From assembly GCF_964204645.1 (NCBI RefSeq), contig NC_134025.1, positions 3,968,001 through 4,032,000 on the forward strand: 64,000 nt of DNA, read 5' to 3'. Source of the DNA: Tubulanus polymorphus (lineage: Eukaryota > Animalia > Nemertea). Both the position numbers and the translations under genes were made by a program. The notes below the pieces were generated by a model. That model saw only the letters and a program-made list of their open reading frames with translations. It was not told the origin of the DNA and made no database searches. Below, piece by piece: positions 49,324 to 61,994 of this stretch (position 1 is its first letter; each line of letters opens with the position of its first letter).

Positions 49324-52300
49324 TTATGCACTCGGTAATAGACCAAGAGCTTGAAGACATGCCGCAGCAGCCTGTGCTCGTCCTGCCTTCTTATTAGCTT
49401 GTCCACATGCAGGTTGATAATCAACTCCATTCACAGTAACCTATGATATGAAATGAATCATTAAAACTCTCATCATTACACAGATTATGTTATAATGAAC
49501 TGTTGTATCATCTGCACTTGTTTTACCTTGTATAAGAAGTTTTTCTTATGATCTGGTCCAGTTTCATCCGCTAGCGCAAATTCAGGAGCCCCCCATCTTC
49601 TCTTCTTACACAGTTCAGTTAAGGCTGATACTGGATGTTTACCTACAGGAATTGAACATAGAATATCACATAAAATATTCCTACAAGTTTAAAAAAAAAC
49701 ATGTTTTGTGGTTGTATATGTTTACCAGATAGATCTTTGGGAACTTTTCCTTTTGGAAGCATGATGGGCACTTTACGAGTAATCTCATCTGATGAAGATA
49801 GACCTGAAAAATCATCAATATTATAAATGAATATTGATATGTTGATGATATAGATGCGATGAATCTATCTTAGATTCAAGAGTATCATACCTTTACGATC
49901 CATTTTAATTTCCATACATAACGGCTCTAGTTGACCTTCTTTATTTTTGCCGAGTGCTTCTCCTGGTTTCCATCCCATTTTCTGTAGTAATGCCATACCC
50001 AATCCTGTGTTTATGACAGGTGCTCTGATAAATTGGTCCTACAATATCAAATATTCAACAACCTAATTTTCTAATTGAAAATGAATTAAGTAAGGTTGGT
50101 AAGATTAAAAAGATATCAAAATCAGTTTCATCTTATGTAAATCCAGATTATATAATAGCAATAGTAATGGACAGTAAGTATACATCTAAGGACTTTTTAT
50201 TAGCAATTTCTTTCAAATTAGAACTTTACATGGATAAAGTACAATACAGTACAAAACGCACGGATACATACCAACAGGGAAAAAACCTTAAACTCCTGTT
50301 CAATTACATTTATCAAGAAACGAACGTATTAAAAATGATATCAGCGATAGAAGAGTTTTAACCAGCCAGTGAGCGTCAACTGGTTCTGTTACTCACCGAG
50401 TCTTCTTAGAACATTACAGATCAAATATCCAGCATCACAGCATCATCCGAGTAACAATCAGCCTCATAAAAGCCTGCAACAAGCTTTCATCATTGCATCA
50501 TGTAGCCAAATAATTGAGATGTGAACAATACTTTGTTTTAAGGTAGATATATGTACTCTACTATGGTACGATAGGTGATTTTACGTTAAATTTCAAAGGA
50601 GATTGAATCATAAAGTGGAACATGAATAGACTGTTGCAAGTAATGTTTTGAAATAGAAACATTCCAGATAACAATCACAGATGAAAACATGTTGCAAGCT
50701 GAAATCCATAAATAAAAGTGATTATTAGACAAAATGCCTTTGTCTCAAGTTCCTAGTGCAATACCATTACATTCGTCTACATCGTAGTAAAACAGTAATA
50801 ATATTGCACTGAGGAGTAAAGACTAAAATTTCCCGCTTCAAAATGAAATGTGAAATATATAAAACTTAAATACTGCAGAAAATATCTAGTAACATCAGAA
50901 GTTTTATATATTCACACATTCCAATCGATGTATTCCCTGGTTCTATCTCTAGACAATGCTAGGGATAGGGGAATACAAGTTACAAATTTTTCCTCTATTT
51001 CATCTTCAGCGTCTATCGATCTGATCAACATCTGACCTGAAATAGACTTAGTAATGAATTCTACCGATGCACACGGAAAACTTATTCATTCAAATTGAGG
51101 AAAGCGAAATCAAAACATATTTGCAGTTGATAAGAGTTTTTCACAGTGGCATCTAATACACAATTTTGTCCTATATTCTTTCATTTCCAATGCACATATG
51201 TTATGATTTAGTAAAATTGTAACACAGTCATTACTCAATTATAATTGTTATAAGTTCACCGTGTGAATCAGCACACCATTTCCTGTTGCATGTACAACTA
51301 ACAGAGGGAATCAAACAGTCCATAAGCATCAGATGATAGAAACCTTTACAGTTTAATAAACCAAATGTACATATCAATTTTGCCTGAATTACTAGAAATT
51401 TTGATCTGATAAAATGGTAAACATGGTAATATCTGAGCATTAAAATCATCACAATTCACTGCTAAGAAAAATCATGATTCCTATCTGTAGGTTGTATCAA
51501 CCAGTACAAGAAGCAATACATCATATATATATATAAAGGTACCGTATGTGTTTTGAAGTAAAAACTCTAAACTACCCAGCGAACAAAATCTTACTTTTTT
51601 CAACCATGCCTGATTTCGCCGATCTCCTTCAAGTTCTTCAACGGATAGGATCTTAGCACCGGTAGATCCAGTAAACTGACCTGGTAGGTTTTGTGCTTGT
51701 GCCCATCTGTTAACCTGTCGAACAATATAAACATAAATCAGTGACCTACAGTAACATAAATTGAAGTTAGTCGCAAGATAACATGAAAGATATGAGGTAC
51801 CTTTGCTTGAGCCCTGTACATTTTTCCCATAGCTTCCATATCTAATGGATTTTTCGATAATTTCTTCATAGCTGAAAGTCTTTCAGAAACCATTTCTCCA
51901 ATGTTTATTGCCTGAAATTGAAAATTCATCGAAATTTCAAAGATGATTATCATAAGACAAAGAACCGACACATACATTAAACAAACAGATCACTTACCTC
52001 GGGGACGGACTCCTCAAAAACGCTGTCATTCTTTGGAGGAGGGGGTGGGGGCGGCGGCGGCGGCATTAGGAATGATGCAGACTGATCTTTGCTTATTCCA
52101 CTAATCGCAGGAATAGCAGGTACAGCAGCAACAGGCGCAGCTGATTTAGTAACTACAGCTACAGCTGTAGTAGTAACAGGAGGTGTTGGTTTCTCAACAG
52201 GTACCCATTCTAACTCTTTTGTACGATGTTGATTACCGCTTGATACCGGAAACTGTATTCGCAGTTGAGACATTTGGGCTTTCTTTTCAGCAGGTGTTAG

Positions 52301-55300
52301 CACTGGCAGCTGTTTCGCATTCTGTATAGTAATAAATAATTAAGTAACAATTTACTGAATATATGTAAATTCTTCATTCACTAGATTATACAATGATACT
52401 CATAGTGTATCTTTTACCTTTATGTTCATTACAATTGAACTATTTTCGCGGACCTTAAATGGGTGATTTATGAACGGGCCTTCGTCGTCATCTGAACCGA
52501 TAAGATTTCCAAACTCATCCTCATCTCCACCATCTGACCCAGTACCCCCTTTTTGAGTTATTTTCTTACAAAATTCTACAAAAATAGTTAAATTAAATTA
52601 GTTAGTACCGGGTATCGATGTTTTTAAGTTTTATTTTATCACTCTATACCTCCAATCATATCATAAGAAACTAACCGGTTAATTCTGCTACAGATTTTCC
52701 TCCTGACTTAATTCTTGCAATCTCATCTGGTCTAAGATTAGCAGCAGGGCCTTGACCAGTTCGAAAGTTTTTCATCGCGTTAGCTCTGCAATTGAATCAG
52801 CATAATTATACGTAGAATCATCAGAAGCAAATTTGAGCATGAAAATACTAGAAGGAATTCTTCAAACATTGTTCAACTCACACAGCAATTTTTCGTAAAG
52901 CCTCTTTATCAATCTGTAAACTCGGTGACCTCGATCTGCGTTCGCGTGCTCGACCCCGATGAAATGGAGGTGACCTTGACCTTCGACGATAATCTCGATG
53001 ATCCCTTAAATGAATATACAAATGTACATTCCCATCATACATGTATAACGATAGATTTTATAACTAGAACAAAAGCGACTTGATTATTTTTAAGAGAGAA
53101 TCAACATACCGATCATAATAGCTACCAGTATCTCTCCAGTGGCCGTATCTGTCACTACCTCTCCAGAAATCATCCGGACTTCTAGAACGGGAATGTCGAT
53201 GTCTTCTGCTATCTCTTTCAATCGATCTTGAACGAGATCGTGACCGAGTTGAATGCTTCTTCTTTTTGGGAGTTCTTGATCTGTAAATACAAATAACAAG
53301 TGTTTCAAAACTCAATTTTATTCGAAAATATAGCAGTAAGTTTGACATAGTCCTAAACCTCTAAATGAACTGGGTCTATCTGCTACTTTAACAAATCTCC
53401 CAACTCAGAAAGCTGACTACACCCTTAACCCCTTTATTCTGAATCTTTACCTTGATTTATCCTTCTTCTTCTTATCCTTGCTTTTATCCTTCCCTTTCTT
53501 TTTGTCAGAAGTTTTGCCGCTCTTTTTCAACTTTTTCTTTGATTTACCATCCTTCGAACTTTTTTTTTTCTTTTTCTTCACCAGATTGTCCTTAACATCA
53601 TCATCATCCTCTTCAACTAAACCCTCATCATCATTGTCATCATCGTCGTCATCATCATCGATTTCTCCTTCTTCATTCTCATCTGAGGAACTAGCCTCTC
53701 CTTCACTACCATTAGATTCAGTTAATTCTCCTTAAATAATCATAATTCAAATTGTGACAAAAGATTTATTTTGCCTTCTTTCACTAATGATTTAACTTAC
53801 CTTCTTCAACACTGTCTGTTGTATCTTTTACAGCTAAAACCTTTTCACCAGATGATATCAACTCTGCACTTTTCTCGCTGATCTTTAAACCCAACACACG
53901 TGGAATCATAGGTTTCTTCTCCTTAAGTATTGTTGCATTATTATTTTCTTTTTCATCGCTGACAGTAATAGATGCTGCTGATCCAGTCTTACTATCGCGC
54001 TTAGCTTGACTAACATTTGAATTTACCGGGAGCGATATTTTAAGACCTGAAAGAATATTTACTTTTTTGTTTTCATTAATTCCAGATTTAGAGTCTTGTT
54101 TTTTTCCATCATTACTTGATGTGTTTGAAGTTTGATTAGTATCACTGTTTTTCTCTGATTGTCCTGTGTCAGACACTTCAGCTTTCTCACTGGTGACTTT
54201 TTTTTCCAGTTCAATTTTCTTGTTATTCTCTGCAGCTTTTCTCATTTTCTCTTCCATCTTTTTCTTCTTTGAGGCCAAATCCTTGTCTTCTTCTTCAACA
54301 AATGTCATCTCAACATTGTCATCACCTTCAGCTGCTTTACTTTCTCTTCCAGCATCTTTCCGTAATCTAGTAACACGATTGAGCGGTTTTGAAAAAGAAC
54401 GGAATTTTGTCTCCTCCACTATAACATCTATTTTCTCATCAGTTTCTTCTTCAGAATCAGATGCTTCCATGACTCTATGCTCTAAATCAGTTCTTACTTT
54501 TGATAACTCCACATGATTCTTAACATCCTTAACTTTCTTATTAGAAGACTTTTTATCACATTTATCCCTATCTGTTTTCTTTTCCTTGACAGGTTTGGGA
54601 TCTTTGTTTTTATTTTCAGTTGGTGGATATATTTCCTTTTTCTCATCAAGTGTGACGTTTTCAGATATGCTTACTTTTCGTTTTATACTGTTAGAAATAC
54701 ATTTTTCATCTTTGACCTTCTTATGCTCTAAACTCTCAGATCTGAGATCCTTTTTGTCTTTTTCATGATGTGTTTTCACGTGCTTACTACTTTTACTATA
54801 TGTTTCATCTTCATTTTCAATGCGAGATCTTTTCCTGCTTTTACCATCATCCATTATCTTCTCTTTTGAATACTTTTCTCTTTTACTGTGGCTCTGTTCT
54901 TTTTCCTTATGATAACTTTTTTCTTTTTCTCTGCTCCTGCTACGGCTCCGATGAGAATGCTTCCTTTCCCTATGTTTATTTGCACTTTCTTTTGAAGTTC
55001 CGAACAATTTTCTATCATCAAGCTGTTCACATAGATCCACAATTCTTTCCTTTGGTTCATTTTCATAACTTACTTTCGATACAAATGATTGTCCACACTT
55101 TTCAGAAGATCTATGTCTACGTTTATCCAAATTGTCAGTGTCGACTTGATCAGAACTTCTACTGCGAGTCTTTTCCTTCTCATGCTTACGCTCCTTTTCT
55201 CTTCCTTTACTTTCCTTCTTTTCCTCTTTTTTCTTTTTCTTATGTCTCCTCTCTTTTTTATCTTTTTTCTTTTTCTTCTTCGTTTTTGATTTCGATAAAG

Positions 55301-55901
55301 AATCATCTTCAATTTCATTCTTACCGTTCTCAACATTTTCATTTTTCATTGCATCACCCTCAATTTCCAGACCCTTTTGTCGAGCATGTAGGGCTTTTTT
55401 CATTTTTTCTTCTATCTCTGCGAGAGATAATTCACCGCGAATGCGTTCTTCTTCTAATTGCTGGATCTTCTGACTAACAAAATCTTTGATCGACATCTCC
55501 ACTAATTTGGGTAAATCCTTTTTTGAATAATTCATATTTCCTGTATCTAATTCATTATCATCGCTACTTTTCTCATCATCCTCTGACTGATTTTCATCAG
55601 ATTCACTCGAATAATCATTATAGTCTAATATCTCTTCTTCCTCTGATTGTTCAGTGGTTTTTGTGTCTGGGTAGTTTGAAGGTAAGACCGAATCTGAATC
55701 AACTCTTCGACCCTCCTTGTTTGCAATATTGCTGAGCCCGGCACAATCATCTCCCTCATTTTCCACAGCCAATGCCAATTTAAGCTTGTCATCTTTGTCA
55801 TCTGGTTTTGAGCATTCTAGTTGACTACGGTTTGAAATGTTGATTGCCGTGAGACTTGGTCTGTTTATTTTGATTCTGCCTTTTTTTTTCGTGGTATCCA
55901 T
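49324..55901 (-). CDS. SON: SON DNA/RNA-binding splicing cofactor (K/E-rich, RS domain, G-patch, dsRBM)
   Basis: SIKDFVSQKIQQLEEE motif, RS repeats, IDKEALRKIAVANA, FPVSSGNQHRTKE, PGQFTGSTG, QAWLKK|DQF, G-patch GMALLQKMGWKPGEALGKNKEG, dsRBM KHPVSALTELCKKRRWGAPEF...LQALGLLPSA*. The ATG at 55901 follows an acceptor-like TTTTTCTAG, so the 5' end is uncertain. Confidence 0.92.
50397..50473 (-). other. SON: Candidate 77-nt poison cassette exon of SON
   Basis: ttgttgcag|GCTTTTATG...CTCG|gtgagt. In-frame TGA at codon 13, and the length shifts frame. Confidence 0.5.
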
Positions 55902-55989
55902 CTAGAAAAACGAACGGAATAGTGCGCAGCTATAGTACAATTTTGAATTGCGTGCCCCTCTTCTCAAGAAGAGTCTTCTTGTTCAGTTG

Positions 55990-56560
55990 GCAAAAGCCAA
56001 GGGTACTAATTAGTGTTTGTTTGGATCAGATGTATTCTTTTTTATTGGTTACAGGCTTGGTTGGAGTGGTCTACGTCGCTCTCCAGTCTACTGTACCAGA
56101 CACCAAGATTCTTGGTGTACCACCACCAGCAGCAGGAAGAAACCTGCTGCTCATACTGCCTGGACTGGGACGGGAGGTGGCTCCTTTCTTTCGTAAATAT
56201 CAAATTCAAGTATACCCAAACAGTTTATTTAGACAAGGCCTACCTCTTAGTCTTAATCTGATATTCTGCATCACTTGCTAAGCAAGTACTAATTGCTTAT
56301 TTACTTGCATAAATCTTGTAAATGGATTGCTGTTTCGGAAGTACCGAGATGCATTACATTTGTTACATCGTATGCTAAATTATTTTATTTTTTTCGATTC
56401 AATAAACTTTATTTTGATTGACAGTAACTTCTGCATACTTGGGGTTCGATTCCCGATTAACAATTCTGCATATTTCATACATACATTTATTCTAAATCTT
56501 TCATTTGTTTGGTTAAGTTTATTATAATGTCACGTTCCTACAATTTCTTTTTAATTGTGT
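55990..56560 (-). pseudogene. Decayed non-LTR retrotransposon ORF1 (gag-like zinc knuckles) fragment
   Basis: Broken frames read FSIRCNKCNASRYFRNSNP, IYKIYASK*AISTC and INCLG...RSHLPSQSRQYEQ, resembling three eroded CCHC knuckles. Multiple stops and frameshifts. Confidence 0.45.
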
Positions 56561-58662
56561 TCATCAAGTACCGATTCAATTTTAAGTCGAAAACTAATTT
56601 AGTCGAGCAGTTCCTAGTAGACTGACTGAGGATGCGAGTTACAGTGCGTCATGCGGTGATGGAAGCCCTGAGACGACATCGCCAGTTGCGAGTTGAGCGT
56701 CAACAACCGTCAACGGGCCCAGTGTAAATGTGCAGTGTCGGGACGTATGGTTTTGTGCTGTTGATATAATCGCATCTAAGCTTGTCGGCAGACCAGTTGG
56801 TGGGATTATTTTTTTTCGGTTGAAAAAAAGAAGTACATGTAGATTGCAAGAATAAAATACAGGAGTTTCATAAAAAGGTTTAACTCTTAAATTGATTTAA
56901 TATTTCTTCATTAAATCAGTTTATCTGTAGTTAAACTATTTAGGCCTCAATCCAGGATTTGCAATACTAACTTAACTAAACGAATGACAAATTTTAAAAT
57001 CAATCATATTCATTCTCATACAGCAATTATAGAAAATGCCAGGAGTGCTCGAGGAATTATAATGTAAGCTCCTCCTCAAACACGTGGACTTTAAAAAACA
57101 ACTAGTCCAACCACCATAGACGTATAAACTATAAACTAGAGTTTATACACACCCATGTCATAGTTCAATTGACATGAACATGTCGTTTTATCCCACAACA
57201 ACAATGATACTGAAATGACAGGTATTTATATTTACTTGAGGAAGTGCCTCATTTACAAAAACATTGACCTGTATTTAAAAAGAAAGTCTCCAACATAAAA
57301 AATTAAAACCAGAGATGAAAATACAAATTCAAACTGGAAAGCTTATGATTAACTAAACATTTGATTTAATTTTCATCAACTTTATTTTACAAGATAACTA
57401 GAGTCTTGCCACCTTTGCTCAGACATGATCAAATTGGTTATTTTCTCACATGTTACATTTAATACAAAGTATTTTAGAAGTATCTTCGTATATGCAATCA
57501 ACAAGATAAAAATTTTCACATGTCAATTTGAATACAGCTAGCACAATCTACTAATTAACACTTCATATATCCTCAAGAGACTGCTCCTCTATTTTCCATC
57601 AGGACCTTAATAAAAATAGTATTTTAAATTTATGAAGCACTGAAAAGCACCACAGTGAAAAAGTTGCCCACTCGATGCAAGGGATGAATGTGTCACAATC
57701 GCACTGTTCATGTAGGACAAGTTGATTTTTGAGGGTCCGGAGATATTACATATAAACTTGCCCCAAGGTCAAGTGGCATTTATTCCTTAGATCAAACCCT
57801 GCAAACTATTACAAAGGGGTTTCTACGAGACAATTCAAGATAAATCACGTACCGTATCTTCAAACAAATATGGTTTGACTGACAAAGCTACAGTAACTTC
57901 TTAATTATATTATTCAACTTGATAGTAGACATAACAACTCTAAAGATCAGAAATTCTTCGAGTCCAGATATTACAGGCCCCACACAGACGCGGTTAAACC
58001 GATAATCAAAACAAAGCTCGGACAATTGACCAATTAGCACTGTATCCTAAAGTTATCAAGAAGCTGCTGCTATTTTCGACAGGCCCTTAATTAAATCAGT
58101 ATTTTCTGAACCACTGAAAAGCACCACAGTGGAATTGTTGCTATAAAGCTTAACAACTGAAAAGTTTCAACATGAATGATGAAAATGTACATCCTTTTAT
58201 TCGCACAACAATAATATCTTAATCAAGGAATCATCATGCAAGTAACTTCCAAACATGCAAACTGTGTTACAATAACATTCTCAACATAAAAGCATTAAAA
58301 CTAGAGATGAGACGCTCAGATTCATTTTGGAAATCTTAGTATCAATAATCAGTCTTAATTTCATTTTCATTAATATTACTTTCACTAGAAAATTAGAATT
58401 TTGCCAACTTTGCCCTGATTTAAGATTACCTAACACCTTGACATTATATACTAAGTATTCTGACGTTTTTTCTTCCAGCTTCGAAAATATCAACGTAATT
58501 TTACAATCGGTAACTAATCAATAACATCAATAACTTAAGTTTATAGCTGCTTAACATTCTTTTAAAAAAGTAAAATGTATTTACCAAATTTTAGACAGTA
58601 AGTCTACCCCAGTATAACAATAAACAGTCACAGCAGTGATTGAGCGCGGCTAGTTGAAAGGA

Positions 58663-58888
58663 CGCAAAAACGAGAAATCACTGCCCTAAAACGCGCCAAA
58701 ACGAGCGCAGAAACGAACTTCGTTTTTGCGCGGCGCAAAAACGAGAAATCACCGCGCTAAAACGCGCCAAAACGGGCGGAAACGAAGTTCGTTTCTGCGC
58801 TCGTTTTGGCGCGTTTCTGCGCGGTAAATTTCGTTTTTGCGCCACGCAGAAACGGACGCAGAAACGAAGCAATATATTTTTTGCATGG
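58663..58888. repeat. CpG-rich direct plus inverted repeat cluster
   Basis: Two ~71-bp direct units (58663, 58734) and a perfect 37-bp inverted repeat (58689-58725 vs 58780-58816). Confidence 0.9.
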
Positions 58889-59032
58889 TATATTGCACGG
58901 ATTTTTTTTTTTACTTGGCCCTAATCAGCCACCATACCTGTGGCCGGCCATTTCGTATTCCAATTTTGATTTGGCGTGCGAATGATATCAACAACTCTGA
59001 AAAACTGCTGTTGAATGGATTTATGAGTTTAT

Positions 59033-59154
59033 CATGGACGTTAGAGTCTGAATACCTGTCCTCGTTACCGGTTCCCTCAACCGTTTTTTGTTTGTGGAAC
59101 GACGCTAGGTACTATGTAGACTATCATGGACGTAAACTAGTTTATACGTCCATG
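59033..59154. mobile_element. Tiny TIR element with 7-bp TSD (P-element-like MITE)
   Basis: AGTTTAT|CATGGACGT...ACGTCCATG|AGTTTAT. Internal palindrome at 59125-59154. Related decayed copy at 57115-57157. Confidence 0.6.
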
Positions 59155-59934
59155 AGTTTATCAAATGTTCCACTGCCGGGTTGAATACGCGCCTGTACCC
59201 AGCTGAACGATATCGAATTCCAACTCATAGTCAGTCCAGTCACGTCTTTGCGGTCTCAGATCCGTCTCGTGGATTAGTGCATGATCGAAGAATAAAACCC
59301 CGCCAGACAGATTTTCATAGAAATTCTTATTCAATTGAGTGGAGACATATTCGGCTTTTTAGATTACTTGCAGCGTGGGATCCTCTGGAAATTCTGCCAA
59401 CAACTTCATTGCGCTTACCACACTCATAATTTGAAACACCCAAATTTCTTTCTTTAATTTTGATACTGGATTAAACGGTACATCATCATCTAAATCTCGG
59501 AAAGTCCATATTAAGAATTTCGTTTCTTGTTTTCAGTCTAAAAATGATAGTATCTGTTTTTTTCCAAAGTATTTTAATGGCATTAACATGTAAATGCCTG
59601 TTTAAGGATAAGATTGGTAAGGGAAAAATTAATTTGAGCCTGCTTTCTTTTCGAAGACAACTCAAGCAAGCAAGCACGCAAAGCTAGCAAACAAGAAGCA
59701 TTTGGCAACTGGCAATGTCGTCTCACTGGAGACGACATTGTCAGTTGCTCATCTCTAGAAGCATCTCAGCATTTGAGAACTAAGCAATTGGCAACTAGCA
59801 ACTGGCAACGTCGTCTCAGGGCTTCCATAGATTTTAGCATTCTATCAGCTCAACTTAAAACTCAATAGCATTAAAACAATATATTTCACAAAAACTTTTA
59901 AATAGTTGATATGATAGAATGCTTGATACATGTA

Positions 59935-60096
59935 CTGTCCGAACCCCCGATGTACCACCCACATCGGTGCAGAACGATTTTGGCGGTATAGAGAGTATGT
60001 TGGTATATCGGGGGTGTTTTACTATGTATTTGTATAGAGATGTACATAGTGAAAAGTTGGCGGTATATGGGAGGGCGGTATATCGGGGGTTGACTG
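59935..60096. mobile_element. Tc1/mariner (pogo-like) MITE, degenerate
   Basis: TA|CTGTCCGAACCCCCGATGTACCACC ... GGCGGTATATCGGGGGTTGACTG, with internal GGCGGTATA repeats. Confidence 0.7.
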
Positions 60097-61994
60097 TTAT
60101 AACCAAGTGTCGCTTGATGAACATCGTGTCATACGTCAATTTTTTTAGTGTTTAATGGACCAACGACTTGGCATTTATTTGTGCCTTTACATATAATGTC
60201 TTTGTAAGTTATGATTATTCTACTGATTCAAATCAGTTATAATGTTACATTTGTTAAATTAAAAGTTAATATTACGAAGATGTCAAATATGCCATAATTA
60301 ATGATAAGTTATCTATACTAGAGTCTAGAAAAATAAAATAATGATTTTCTTCTGAAATCTCTAAAATGGTATTGATTGAGTTATGGAACTTAAAGGACCC
60401 AGTTTACACAAGTAGGATCATTCAAAACATTTTGAGTACCCCATTAATTTTTTGGCAATCCACAAAATGAGAACAATTTATCAATGGTTTTTCTAGGGCC
60501 TATTTCTATAGGGTGCTAGGAGGGTACGGGATTCACTGTTAACCCCGTGTATAGAGGCTGCACTTGTTTGATAAAAAAGAAAAATTCAATTGTCCAGTCA
60601 GCCGCATCATAATTAGGCAGTCACCCCAAGCAAAGAAGCCATAGACCATGGTCAAATCAATGTCCTTTTAAACATTCGGAGTTCATTCATCTCAAATCCA
60701 TATAAACAAACTCATAACATCTAATTAAGAAGAATTTTAATTTGAATTCTCTCCTTAACAATACTGCTTTTTCCATAAGTATTAAGAATGCGTACATTTA
60801 CAGCATCTTTTTTTAGTAACAAGAAATATGTGGGCATATGAAAACTGCTATTATTGTCTCTTTTATTGGAATCAACAAAAACCTCAATGAAAAAGAACAA
60901 AGATGATAATGATTAGTGAAAAATAATAATCTAATAACGCTCAAATTTCATTTATCGAAAGGGTCATGGCTGATCCAACCATCACTATATTTAAGTTCAA
61001 ACAAATTAATAATTTTCATAAGAAATTCAAACTCAGGAAGACAATTAAACAATGAGTTTGACATTATAACGCAACTATTATCACAGAAAATCAGCACCGA
61101 AATCAACACTACTTGCTTATTAGTTTTGGTTTTAATTATCTCTTTCTTAGATTAATCAATACATCAATTGCTAGTTATCCAATAGAATTTTTTTAATTGA
61201 CAATATTTCAAACCCAAATATATTGAACAAATCAATGAGATCCACACACACAAGCATTACTAACTATAACTACTATTTTAAAGCCCTACCAATGCGGATT
61301 GATTGAAAACAGCAAAAACCTCCAAAGGTCATCGCATGTTGTCTATCCGAGTTGTCAAATACTAAATGCTTAAACAACAGACAAGAGGTTTAAACCATTT
61401 TCATGAAAATGCAATTTCTACCTAACCTTCAACCAGTTTTACAGTAATGGATTCATCAAATTCTAATCCGGAGACAAATTACTGAGCAAATCCACAGTTG
61501 GAACTAGATTTATTATCACAACAGAAAGATGCACATCGTGTACAAGTATGAAAAATCCTGCAAATTCTGTTGAGATTTAATTACAGAATGACTGATGATT
61601 TTAAATGATTGTCTGCCAGTCATCATCTTGGTAGAATTTATTGCATAGATTCATAACTCGTGACGCACACAATCAACTGGTACAAGGTGGAAATCTGAAC
61701 GAGTGGATGAAATGAAAAATCAAGGACACAGTTTGTAGAACTGTTATGTGCAGTATAAAATGTAATTAACCATATTAGGTGATTAAACATTTTACCAGAT
61801 TCATAGTACATTGTATACACTTGCGGCGAGGATCAACCACAAGTTTTACATTACTGATTATATGTAAGTAGATTTCACAAGTATCAAACATACAAAAACA
61901 TTTTCATTTATAATTAAGGACCATTCATTGTTTTTATCATGAGTAAGCTGCGACACACACTCAATAGTTCCTCACTCGGTTTACTTTTGTTGAG

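Larger units (their letters stand above)
56659..59828. mobile_element. ~3.2 kb span bounded by 37-bp inverted repeats (one DNA transposon relic or two related MITE halves)
   Basis: ATGGAAGCCCTGAGACGACATCGCCAGTTGCGAGTTG at 56659 matches the reverse complement of 59792-59828 at 34/37 positions. No clear TSD. No transposase ORF. Confidence 0.65.

Noticed and set aside
54166-55735. Several plus-strand ORFs up to 235 aa
   Set aside because: Antisense shadows of the purine-rich K/E-rich SON exon, with low-complexity F/S/L composition.
58663-58888. CRISPR-like or coding interpretation of the CpG-rich repeats
   Set aside because: Eukaryotic context, no unique spacers, and the ORF is a by-product of the repeat.
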